Below are positions 24,793 through 33,349 of a stretch of DNA of 35,228 nt, one piece after another. The notes beneath the pieces were generated by a model. It was not told where the DNA came from, ran no database searches, and saw only the letters and a list, made by a program, of their open reading frames with translations. Made by a program: the position numbers and the translations under genes. Source of the stretch: a virus. Its lineage: Duplodnaviria; Caudoviricetes. The stretch is from positions 1-35,228 of the IMG/VR virus record IMGVR_UViG_3300017913_002056; one strand, 5' to 3'. Each line of letters opens with the position of its first letter. Within the stretch, counting starts at the first letter, position 1.

Positions 24793-25776
24793 TTATGAAT
24801 ATGCGTTATTTAAATAATCTGTATGATCTTGTGCATTCTGACTGATGCGATCTAGACTGTGCTTTCCACAAAAACGCATAAAATGTATACCTACTTGAGA
24901 TTTGCGTTCTTTTTGTACTTGCTCTACAATAACACTGTCTAGTTCTTGTTTAATATTGTCAGGCTGCTGTGTAAGATCAATCAATGAACGATTACGATTG
25001 TAGTCATCTAGTACACGATGTTCTACGCCTTCATGATCTACCCAACGCTGTAGCATCATGTTATTCCAGTTATAGCCTTTGTTATCTCTATCAGCAAATG
25101 CTTCAATAAGACCTACTTTGTTCTTGGTGCCTTTCTTGCGAACACCTGGATAAGCACTAAACACATTATCTGCAGTGTCACCACGCATGCATTTTTCAAA
25201 CAATAGCCACTGTGGATCACCAGGCACTTTGGGCTCACCTGTTTTTTTGTCTTTTACTGGCTTACCACGATCATCAAAAATACCTTCCAGTGTAATCAAA
25301 TGTCCTTGAATACCATTATACTGTGTAACATTAGGAGCCAATAGCTGATAAAAGTCACTATCACTGCTAACAATACAGTGACGAGCATCAGGATGGTTTT
25401 GTATCCAACGTGCAATGTAATCATCTGCTTCACAGTTAGAACTCTGTAAGATAGTTACATTAGTTTTGTCACGCATAAATGTCTGAAACTCATCAAATGC
25501 ATCCCAAAACTGTTGGTCTTCCTGCTGCTCACGTTCTGTTTTAGCGGCAGCGATTTCTTGTCTATTGCGTTTGTAGGGAGTATAAAAATCTTTGCGCCAG
25601 CTGCGGCCCTCAAAACACATGACAACATGTGTACCGTTTTGTTCACGCCACGCTTTGCTAATGCTGTTAAACATGATATGGTAGCTCATTCCAATCTTGG
25701 TGTACATATCATCACCACGCACAACATGGCGAGCTCGCATAAACATATTAGCTGCGTCTACTAGAATATAAGTCAT
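24793..25776 (-). CDS. rnh: T4-like RNase H / 5'-3' exonuclease (FEN/PIN fold)
   Basis: LVD..N, SWRK...YK.NR, EADD, SSDSDF.QL, GDTADN motifs. Confidence 0.93.
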   Translation of the reverse strand: MTYILVDAANMFMRARHVVRGDDMYTKIGMSYHIMFNSISKAWREQNGTHVVMCFEGRSWRKDFYTPYKRNRQEIAAAKTEREQQEDQQFWDAFDEFQTFMRDKTNVTILQSSNCEADDYIARWIQNHPDARHCIVSSDSDFYQLLAPNVTQYNGIQGHLITLEGIFDDRGKPVKDKKTGEPKVPGDPQWLLFEKCMRGDTADNVFSAYPGVRKKGTKNKVGLIEAFADRDNKGYNWNNMMLQRWVDHEGVEHRVLDDYNRNRSLIDLTQQPDNIKQELDSVIVEQVQKERKSQVGIHFMRFCGKHSLDRISQNAQDHTDYLNNAYS

Positions 25777-25809
25777 GTAATGTTATCTCACTGTTACTTT
25801 ATCCTGTTT

Positions 25810-25838
25810 AATGTAGCATGGATAAAGCATCATGTCAA
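25810..25838 (-). promoter_or_regulatory. Sigma70-type promoter
   Basis: TTGACA-17 nt-TACATT upstream of rnh. Confidence 0.65.
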
Positions 25839-26533
25839 CGTTTTAATTGCACAACAGAATCATATCCATATTGTGTCATTAACTGTTGATTTCTTTTATG
25901 ATAATCACGCACAAATTTCAACATCATAGGATTATATGGTTTATCTAAGAACTCAGCAATTCGTTTTAGTTGCTGTTTCGTATCAAACAAAAATAATTCC
26001 CCAAAATCTACATCGAGAATGTGATTTCCTTTTTTTCGTGCAATTTTACTAAAAAAGTTATAGTGTTTGGCTACTTTGTTAAAGTAATCTAAATGATATT
26101 TTATGTCATCACGCTCATGTTCTCGACGAACATATCTACAAGCTACACCTGTGTTTATCCAGGTTTTCATATTACCCAAACATTCAGTATATGCTATATT
26201 ATGATTTGGCTGTATTACTATGAACTTAGTGTCTTTCCAGTGTTCGAACATAAGATTGTATCTTGACGCTGTGTAGATTTCTTCTCCATATTTTGTATTA
26301 TCATTTTCTCTGAACCATAAATTTATATGGTGTTCCTGTAGTGGAGGGTTGTGCGGGGCGTCACGATTGGCTCGAAATCTGTATTCATTCCATCTCGGAA
26401 AATATTGGGTATTTGTAAAAAAATTTGTTTTTAGTAGATGTGTTTCAATAGCATGGCAAAGAAAGTTTCCGCAACTGCCGCCACGAAACATTACAGTTAT
26501 TTCAGGAGCAACACTTGGTTTAGCATAGTTCAT
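25835..26533 (-). CDS. Hypothetical protein, possible sulfotransferase-fold
   Basis: FRGGSCGNFL N-terminal loop; LDVDFGELF...LKRIAEFL resembles the sulfotransferase C-terminal YEDL...I..FL pattern. Confidence 0.5.
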   Translation of the reverse strand: MNYAKPSVAPEITVMFRGGSCGNFLCHAIETHLLKTNFFTNTQYFPRWNEYRFRANRDAPHNPPLQEHHINLWFRENDNTKYGEEIYTASRYNLMFEHWKDTKFIVIQPNHNIAYTECLGNMKTWINTGVACRYVRREHERDDIKYHLDYFNKVAKHYNFFSKIARKKGNHILDVDFGELFLFDTKQQLKRIAEFLDKPYNPMMLKFVRDYHKRNQQLMTQYGYDSVVQLKR

Positions 26534-27290
26534 CTTTAATACTCATAATATCATCCCATGTCATTTCTTGTAATTGACACATTAATGGATGTACAGGAGT
26601 ATTTATGTATTTCAACCATTGAATTTTTTTCAAAAGACTTGGATTCCAGTGTGGTTTTAATCCCACAGCGACATACAAATCGGTTATTTCTTGATGTACT
26701 TCGTCTTGATCATCACTTAGCAACTTATTGATATCTGTAATATAATCATAATTTAAATCACACAATGCGGATTGACGATCGTCTTTAACAAACAACCACT
26801 TGGCTATTTGCTTTAGGGATATATCATCATATTCACGATCTGCGGCTGCATCCTCGGAAAATTCCATCATCACATAATGTGAAATATGTTTTGACTTCTT
26901 TAGATTGGCTGCGCCTGTGACAACTGGAATATCATACTTGTTTGCATATCCCACTACATCTGACCAATTCATGCAATTGACATATTGAGACAAATTTGTG
27001 TCAGTATCCCATAATTGGCTTACTTGATTTTTTAGCTCTAATATTTGATCTTCAGTGGTAATACTATCGTTGCCGTGTCTAAGTTCTTGGTGATATATTA
27101 CATTGTAATCAGGATAAGTTTCTCTGATATTCCAGCCGTCACTTATGCGTAAAAACGTACCATAAGAACCTGGATACAATTGCCATTGCCAGTCAAAATT
27201 ACTGTTAATAGTACTATTATGATTGAGTATCCACGATACCAATTCATTATGCCCATGCCCAGCACCAGCAGTCAGAAACAATTTTGCCAT
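26520..27290 (-). CDS. Hypothetical protein, possible P-loop/sulfotransferase-fold
   Basis: LFLTAGAGHGHNELVSWIL Gly-rich N-terminal loop; family weakly supported. Confidence 0.4.
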   Translation of the reverse strand: MAKLFLTAGAGHGHNELVSWILNHNSTINSNFDWQWQLYPGSYGTFLRISDGWNIRETYPDYNVIYHQELRHGNDSITTEDQILELKNQVSQLWDTDTNLSQYVNCMNWSDVVGYANKYDIPVVTGAANLKKSKHISHYVMMEFSEDAAADREYDDISLKQIAKWLFVKDDRQSALCDLNYDYITDINKLLSDDQDEVHQEITDLYVAVGLKPHWNPSLLKKIQWLKYINTPVHPLMCQLQEMTWDDIMSIKDELC

Positions 27291-27562
27291 TAACGTTCTT
27301 CTTCTGCAATCTGTCTACATAGCGTAGTAAACCATTGATCAACTATTTCATTTTCATCACTGCCAGTGTATCCGGCTTCCAGTAATTCTCTTACAAAAAT
27401 TTCATTCCATTCAAGTTCAAAATAACCGTCACCTGGATTTTCTGGATTTAGGTGTGTATTCAAAACTCTAACATAAGGCTTTCCAGCCAGTGTAGCTTTG
27501 TCTTTTTCGCTTACTGGGTCTGTAACAGACCCAGTAAACATGTTTTTTAGTTTTTCAAACAT
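27290..27562 (-). CDS. Hypothetical phage protein
   Basis: 90 aa, GYFELEWN..F...L..AGY.G....IVDQWF. Confidence 0.8.
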   Translation of the reverse strand: MFEKLKNMFTGSVTDPVSEKDKATLAGKPYVRVLNTHLNPENPGDGYFELEWNEIFVRELLEAGYTGSDENEIVDQWFTTLCRQIAEEER

Positions 27563-28648
27563 TTACTTCTCCCAAGGAACATCTTTGTTACCAAAATGTC
27601 CATAGATACAGTTTTTGCTGTAATCATAAAAGTTAAACATATCAAACTTTCTAATAATACCCAGTGGTGTTAAATCAATTGTACTAATCCAATTTTGAAT
27701 AGCTTGCTTATTGCCACCCTCGTTGCAATCGATATAAACTGCCATTGGTGCTTTTACTCCGATGGCGTACGATAGCTGGATTGTCGCCCAATCACAGTAC
27801 CCTTTGGCCACCGCTTGCTTGGCAAGCCATCTCGCCATGTAGGCAGCTGATCTATCAACCTTTGTCGGATCTTTGCCAGAAAAAGCGCCGCCGCCGTGGG
27901 GAGCATAGCCACCATAAGTATCAACGATAATTTTGCGCCCGGTAACACCAGTATCACCATCGGGACCACCAATAACAAAATTGCCAGTAGGATTAATATA
28001 AAACTTAGTGTAGTTTTCATCATACAGTTCTCCCAACTGCTCACGCATTACTTCGCGAGCCAGTTCTTTTGCAGCATCACCTTTGCTTTCTGCGTGTTGT
28101 GTACTACACACAACATTGGTGGCATACTTTGGTTTGCCGTCTTCGTATTTAATACTACACTGACTTTTTGCGTCTGGTCCGAGAATATCTAAGTTTTGTT
28201 GGCGCTGTAAATCCAATGCTTTCAAAATTTCGTGACTATAGTGAATCGGAGCGGGCATCATACTTGGAGTATCATTACAGGCATAGCCAAACATGATCCC
28301 CTGATCGCCTGCGCCAAAGTTATCAGTACCCAAACTGATATCGCCACTCTGTGCATGAATTTCGTTATAGAGTTTTAGGTTTTCCCAGTGGAAACCGTCT
28401 TGCTCATAACCTATTTCTTTAACTTTATCACGGACAATTTTTTCAACTTCTTCTCGTGAAACGTTAAAGTTTTTTACTTCGCCCGCCAACGTTACATGGT
28501 TGGTAGTTACAAGTGTTTCAACAGCAACACGAGTAGTCTCGTCTCCTGCTTTCAACCCAGCATCAACTAGGGCATCTGAGATTTGGTCTGCTACCTTATC
28601 TGGGTGTCCTGCGCTAACACTTTCGCTCGTAAAAATATAATTATTCAT
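27563..28648 (-). CDS. metK: S-adenosylmethionine synthetase
   Basis: FTSESV..GHPDK, GAGDQG, GRKIIVDTYGG, GGGAFSGKD. Confidence 0.98.
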   Translation of the reverse strand: MNNYIFTSESVSAGHPDKVADQISDALVDAGLKAGDETTRVAVETLVTTNHVTLAGEVKNFNVSREEVEKIVRDKVKEIGYEQDGFHWENLKLYNEIHAQSGDISLGTDNFGAGDQGIMFGYACNDTPSMMPAPIHYSHEILKALDLQRQQNLDILGPDAKSQCSIKYEDGKPKYATNVVCSTQHAESKGDAAKELAREVMREQLGELYDENYTKFYINPTGNFVIGGPDGDTGVTGRKIIVDTYGGYAPHGGGAFSGKDPTKVDRSAAYMARWLAKQAVAKGYCDWATIQLSYAIGVKAPMAVYIDCNEGGNKQAIQNWISTIDLTPLGIIRKFDMFNFYDYSKNCIYGHFGNKDVPWEK

Positions 28649-28662
28649 TATTTGTTTTTTCC

Positions 28663-29058
28663 TTATAAGTTTTGTACTTTGTTTGAAATTGTTTGGATTA
28701 GACTTCCTAGTCCATTACGTCTTTGCATTGATAGCAATTCTTTAATGCCCAATTTCTCAAAGTCTTCTTTTTGTATCGCTTTGGCTTCCTCCACCGGAAT
28801 GTCACTAAAGCAATCTGCTACTACGCTTGTGATGCCTTTGGTAATCATTGCATCACTGTCGTAATAGACTTTAACTAACTCGTCCTGCACGCCAACATCA
28901 ATCCAGATTTGACTCATACAACCGTTGACTTTTCTATCATCAGTTCGTAGTTCTGGAGGCAAGTTAGTGGGACGTTTTGCTAAATCAATCAAATGAATTA
29001 GTCTATCATCATCTTCCAAGAAACTAAATTCTTCTGCATACTCGTCTATTTTAGTCAT
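28663..29058 (-). CDS. sufE: SufE-family Fe-S sulfur acceptor
   Basis: KVNGCMSQIW, DSDAMITKG, LS.QR.NG. Confidence 0.93.
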   Translation of the reverse strand: MTKIDEYAEEFSFLEDDDRLIHLIDLAKRPTNLPPELRTDDRKVNGCMSQIWIDVGVQDELVKVYYDSDAMITKGITSVVADCFSDIPVEEAKAIQKEDFEKLGIKELLSMQRRNGLGSLIQTISNKVQNL

Positions 29059-29236
29059 AATAAACTTCCTGAGTTAGGTATGTGACTTTGACTACTTTAG
29101 TCTGTGTATCACTATCATACCCGTCCTCTAGACGATAACGAACACCCTCCTTGTATAGTCGAGTGTTCAGTGTATTTATCTTGTCTACTGCTACCTTGAG
29201 TTCTTTAACTAACGCAGCTACTTTAGGGTCTTGCAT
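29051..29236 (-). CDS. Hypothetical protein
   Basis: 61 aa operon-packed. Confidence 0.7.
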   Translation of the reverse strand: MQDPKVAALVKELKVAVDKINTLNTRLYKEGVRYRLEDGYDSDTQTKVVKVTYLTQEVYYD

Positions 29237-29446
29237 TTACCAATCCTTCCTAATTTTCCAATAACTCCAGCATTCATTGCAATGTCCATCTCCAAGAAAA
29301 TAATCAATTATTTTTACTAAATTAAATTTACCCTGGCGCTTCCATTCGTGATTCCTAGCACTGAACGTTTGGTTATTCTGTCCGCCTAGTAATACGTTTA
29401 GCAACACGCTGAGTGCTGTAAACACACGACTAAAATATTTCTTCAT
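29237..29446 (-). CDS. Hypothetical phage protein
   Basis: 69 aa; N.LLGG...QTFSAR...ID..L...HC. Confidence 0.7.
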   Translation of the reverse strand: MKKYFSRVFTALSVLLNVLLGGQNNQTFSARNHEWKRQGKFNLVKIIDYFLGDGHCNECWSYWKIRKDW

Positions 29447-29538
29447 TGCTGCTTTCTAATTCTTTCGTATTCTTCTTCACTTGTTATATGTGTTTTTCTT
29501 TTTGAGTTCTTGTGAGCGCCCCAATACTTGGAAAGCAT
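29443..29538 (-). CDS. Possible small basic protein (31 aa)
   Basis: MLSKYWGAHKNSKRKTHITSEEEYERIRKQQ fills the gap after queE, with ATGA coupling to the next gene. Confidence 0.4.
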   Translation of the reverse strand: MLSKYWGAHKNSKRKTHITSEEEYERIRKQQ

Positions 29539-29542
29539 TAGA

Positions 29543-30436
29543 CTATGTCCCCCAGGCATTTCCGAATAGGCTAATGTGGAGTCTTGGGCTGAATCTCCAT
29601 CCTTTATCCATGCATATTCTGGCGACTTCCTGGACGTTAAGGTTGTACTCTTCCGACCTACCACCCATTGGCATAAGGTATACGGGTACGTTAATACCGG
29701 CTTTGCGATACTCACTAACGGCTTTGTCAACTTCTGCAAAATCATCCATGTCAGCCACAACAAATTTAAAGTACATACTGCTACCAACAACACTGGCGTA
29801 ATCAAGAGCAACGTCAGGCTTAATAGCGTCTTCCCAACGTTCTCCGCTGACGCTGAGCTTGGGGCTACAACTAAATGTAGTTTGCAGTCGCTGATGGTTT
29901 GAGAGATATTTTTTAAAATCATCATGTAGTGACTGTGTAGTGTTTGTTTCAAACGTGACATTTTTCAAGTCCTTCATTTTGGGATGCTCAAATAGATCCA
30001 CATACAATCTTTGCCATGCTAGCAGAGGTTCACCACCAGTAATAATCAAGTGTACGTCTTGTCCATTATTCATTGTCCACTTGCCTTCTGGCAGTAAACT
30101 GATTAAATGTTCAACTACTTCATCAACTGTTGCAAGTCGGTTAAAGTCTTTAAACTCTGGATAGATACTTGCATACGTATCACAGCCTGTGTGAATAATA
30201 GGCAAGTCTTCAAACTTTTCAGTTGTTTCGTGTACGCCTGCGTCAAGCAATGCTTTTACTTCTGGATTGTAACGATTACCTTCTGCATGCTGTTCCCAAC
30301 GATCTTTGTCTTTGGGAAGTCCAAAGTTCATGCAACGAAAGTTACAACCAAATGTACGCAGGAATACACTGGGTACTCCTACGTATTTACCTTCGCCTTG
30401 TACGCTGTAAAACGCTTCACTGTATCTAAGTTTCAC
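29543..30436 (-). CDS. queE: QueE-like radical SAM (7-carboxy-7-deazaguanine synthase family)
   Basis: E.FYSVQGEG..VG.PSVFLR.FGC, GCDT, TGGEPL, ETN, CSPK, R.SPRLH; AGGAG SD with GTG start. Confidence 0.88.
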   Translation of the reverse strand: MKLRYSEAFYSVQGEGKYVGVPSVFLRTFGCNFRCMNFGLPKDKDRWEQHAEGNRYNPEVKALLDAGVHETTEKFEDLPIIHTGCDTYASIYPEFKDFNRLATVDEVVEHLISLLPEGKWTMNNGQDVHLIITGGEPLLAWQRLYVDLFEHPKMKDLKNVTFETNTTQSLHDDFKKYLSNHQRLQTTFSCSPKLSVSGERWEDAIKPDVALDYASVVGSSMYFKFVVADMDDFAEVDKAVSEYRKAGINVPVYLMPMGGRSEEYNLNVQEVARICMDKGWRFSPRLHISLFGNAWGT

Positions 30437-30468
30437 GCAGTTCTCCTATAAAATATTTTATTAGTTTC

Positions 30469-30497
30469 ATTTTATGATATAAGTTGTTGATTGTCAA
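30469..30497 (-). promoter_or_regulatory. Sigma70-type promoter
   Basis: TTGACA-17 nt-TAAAAT upstream of queE. Confidence 0.75.
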
Positions 30498-30498
30498 G

Positions 30499-31098
30499 CT
30501 AAACTTTTGTCACTGTGGGCCAATTATAATTATTGTGGGTGTGCGGATAGCCTCTGGCATGATCAATATTATATTCCAAGCCCGGCTTGGGATTACCAAC
30601 TGCAAGAGCAACCACAAAATTTTCGTTAAGTTGTGGACCACATGCAACATTATGTTGACTACACCATACACGCCATGCCGTCGCCGTATGAGGACCGCAT
30701 GCAACAAATCCAGTTCGATATCCTAACTCCATTGCTTTTCTTGTAACAATGCCAAAATGCATACCCACTTGCATCATAATTTTTTCCATATCAGCCTGGT
30801 TAGAGGAAGGCGAGATTGTCCAAATATAAACATTGGGACAAAGCATATGAGCTTGTGGATCTCCATTATAATCATACGTGCCAGGATTAAAACATATTTG
30901 TTGTAAGATGTTAACTGCATCGTAATTGTTATGGATACTGACTATATCAAACAATTTTTCTCCCTGCTGTTGAGGAGGCTTACTTACATATTCATCTAAA
31001 ATTGCCAGGTCTTCAGGACTTACTGGATTATCCCAATCCCAATTTCTCTGGCATTGTATTGTTAATTGTACTTCTTCATTATCAAATTCTTCAATCAT
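30499..31098 (-). CDS. Nitroreductase-like (FMN-binding) protein
   Basis: QCQRNWD...P, G...G.....A.ELGY.TG...C, LAVG.P pattern. Confidence 0.6.
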   Translation of the reverse strand: MIEEFDNEEVQLTIQCQRNWDWDNPVSPEDLAILDEYVSKPPQQQGEKLFDIVSIHNNYDAVNILQQICFNPGTYDYNGDPQAHMLCPNVYIWTISPSSNQADMEKIMMQVGMHFGIVTRKAMELGYRTGFVACGPHTATAWRVWCSQHNVACGPQLNENFVVALAVGNPKPGLEYNIDHARGYPHTHNNYNWPTVTKV

Positions 31099-31843
31099 TT
31101 TTCTGTATTTTATTTAAATCTTCGTTAATTTTATCAACATGACTTAGTATACTATGATTAACAACTTTTGTTAAAGCCTTTACATCTTTGGGGAAACAAT
31201 GCCCTGTATACCCCAACGTGCCTTCATGATTTGGTGCTTGCATCATTCCTACACCTATACGATCAAACATACCCAATGTGTCTATCATAGAGCTATAATC
31301 AATGCCTTCCGGTAGATTATTGTATAACTCATGAAACCAGGCAACTTTTGTCGCCAGCCAACTGTTGTGTACATATTTGATCATACTTGCTGTCATTGTG
31401 TCAGTGTAAACTGGCTTAAAGCCAAACAACTCTGCCCACCATTTAGCTGCTTCTCGACAATTATGAGTATGTCCATAGATCGCAAATTCCTGATTATCAA
31501 AATCTTCTTTTGCAGATCTCTCACGTAAAAATTCTGGATTATACACCAACTGTGGCGGATAGTCCTTTACATTATCATACGTAACTGTGCTTTTGAGAAG
31601 TATTTTTGTGCGATAGTCTGTAAGCTCTAGGACCTCTCTAACAATGCTATCATCACATACACCGTCATCTCCCATAGGGGTTGGTACGCAAATTATTACC
31701 CCATCGGAATTCATTACCGCTTCGTACGGATCTGTTTCTGGATATAGTCGTGGATCTACACGAACAACTGTTACTGCTTTTTGCTCTAAAAAGTCAGCAA
31801 CTGTTCCTCCTACAAATCCACAACCAAAAACTGCTATATTCAA
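31091..31843 (-). CDS. ugd: UDP-glucose/GDP-mannose dehydrogenase family, lacking the C-terminal domain
   Basis: GCGFVG, ICVPTP, KST, NPEFLRE, KY..N..LATK, GY.GHCFPKD. Confidence 0.88.
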   Translation of the reverse strand: MNIAVFGCGFVGGTVADFLEQKAVTVVRVDPRLYPETDPYEAVMNSDGVIICVPTPMGDDGVCDDSIVREVLELTDYRTKILLKSTVTYDNVKDYPPQLVYNPEFLRERSAKEDFDNQEFAIYGHTHNCREAAKWWAELFGFKPVYTDTMTASMIKYVHNSWLATKVAWFHELYNNLPEGIDYSSMIDTLGMFDRIGVGMMQAPNHEGTLGYTGHCFPKDVKALTKVVNHSILSHVDKINEDLNKIQKND

Positions 31844-33207
31844 TAGTCCATATCCTCGTCTACTGCAAGGTCCTTGTTAGAACTGAATCTAACTAAATCA
31901 TGTAGTGTACGTACACCAAAGCCTGCGGCACCTTTGGGTGTAAGTGGTTTACCATGATTTTCCCATGCTTTACCTGCAATGTCCAGGTGTGCAAATGCAC
32001 GTTTATTATCAACAAAACGATATAGGAATTCCGCAGCGGTTGTTGAACCTGGTCCACCATTACTTATGTTTTTCATATCTGCAATGTCGCTGTCAATCAT
32101 ATCATTGAACACTTTGCCCATTGGCATACGATAAAACTTTTCATCACGTCCGTTGCCAGCATCAGTAATACGTTCTGCAAGCTCTGTACTGTTGGTGAAC
32201 ATACCAGCCATTTCATTCCCAAGTGCTACTTGGATCGCACCAGTAAGTGTTGATAATTCAACAATTGTATTGGGATCGTATTCACGCTGTACATGAGTTA
32301 ACAAATCTGCCAGTACTAGGCGACCTTCTGCATCCGTATTCAAATTTTCAACAGTCATACCACTGAGAGAAGTAACAACATCGCCTGGTTTAATTGCACT
32401 GCCACTTGGCATATTTTCTACCAAGCCCACAATACCAACCACATTCTTTTTTAGGTTTTGTGAACCGATAGCATGCATTGCACCCACTACGGCTGCGCTG
32501 CCACCCATGTCGTATTTCATGTCGCCCATGCCTTTGCTGGGCTTTAGGCTGATACCGCCAGTGTCAAATGTTACACCTTTGCCTACCAGTGCAGTTACAG
32601 GATCTTCAGACTTGCCGTTCATCCATTCCATTACAACAACATGACTGTCTTTTTCACTACCTTGTCCTACGCTCAATAGTAAATTAAATCCCATTTTTTC
32701 CAGCTGACGTTGACCGTAAACCTTTACTGTCATACCATCTGGCATATTTTCCATAATGCGGTGTGCATATTCTTCAGGGTAAAGAACATTGCCAGGCTCA
32801 CTGACAAGATCCCTAGCAAAGTTAACACTAGCACCAATACCATATGTTCCAACTGCCTTTCCTCCGTATAAAATTTCAGTAAGTTTATTTAGGTTGGGTT
32901 CTGACTTATATTTGTTAAACTGATACAATGCTAAATCAGCAGCCTCTACTAATCCGTCACCAAAAGATCCAGTATCAAAGTTAATACTTTCAACTTTTGA
33001 TTTGTATTTCTGAATCATTTTTCCATACATTTGTTGCCAATCAAGACTTTTGTCTTTTGGCTTATCTACTACTGAAACATAATCATATTCATCATGAGCG
33101 TATGTTAGTTCTACATCGCCCTCTTGATCTTTAATACGGGCTTCCAACTTGCCAAGATGTGCCTTGGCTTGTTTGCTTCCTTTAATTACTACTAGTGCTT
33201 TTGTCAT
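31840..33207 (-). CDS. pepA: Leucyl aminopeptidase (M17)
   Basis: VGKGVTFDTGG.S.K, MKYDMGG, NTDAEGRL.LAD, TLTGA, HLDIAG. Confidence 0.96.
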   Translation of the reverse strand: MTKALVVIKGSKQAKAHLGKLEARIKDQEGDVELTYAHDEYDYVSVVDKPKDKSLDWQQMYGKMIQKYKSKVESINFDTGSFGDGLVEAADLALYQFNKYKSEPNLNKLTEILYGGKAVGTYGIGASVNFARDLVSEPGNVLYPEEYAHRIMENMPDGMTVKVYGQRQLEKMGFNLLLSVGQGSEKDSHVVVMEWMNGKSEDPVTALVGKGVTFDTGGISLKPSKGMGDMKYDMGGSAAVVGAMHAIGSQNLKKNVVGIVGLVENMPSGSAIKPGDVVTSLSGMTVENLNTDAEGRLVLADLLTHVQREYDPNTIVELSTLTGAIQVALGNEMAGMFTNSTELAERITDAGNGRDEKFYRMPMGKVFNDMIDSDIADMKNISNGGPGSTTAAEFLYRFVDNKRAFAHLDIAGKAWENHGKPLTPKGAAGFGVRTLHDLVRFSSNKDLAVDEDMDY

Positions 33208-33347
33208 TCTTTTTTCTTTCCTGGTTTTTTGTATTTGTAAACAATATCATCAGTTGTTGCATTGGGCGGACATTTAATAATTTTGCCACCGTTTTTCAAA
33301 AACTCTTTAACTGCATCACTTTCTTCTTTTGATATTTCTTGTGCCAC
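33204..33347 (-). CDS. Small protein resembling the SutA RNA-polymerase-binding domain
   Basis: Not in track. Manual translation from GTG: MAQEISKEESDAVKEFLKNGGKIIKCPPNATTDDIVYKYKKPGKKKE*; AAGGA SD; ATGA-coupled to pepA; EFL..GGKI motif. Confidence 0.65.
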   Translation of the reverse strand: MAQEISKEESDAVKEFLKNGGKIIKCPPNATTDDIVYKYKKPGKKKE

Positions 33348-33349
33348 TT

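Noticed and set aside
29539-29961. 172-aa alternative-frame ORF overlapping queE
   Set aside because: Nested out of frame in a conserved gene with no family features; only the last 31 codons outside queE are plausible.
27563-33207. Cellular chromosome origin suggested by metK, sufE, pepA and ugd
   Set aside because: These genes lack their usual operon context and are interleaved with T4-like rnh, short unknown ORFs and late-type promoter boxes. No capsid or terminase gene is in the window, so phage origin remains an inference.
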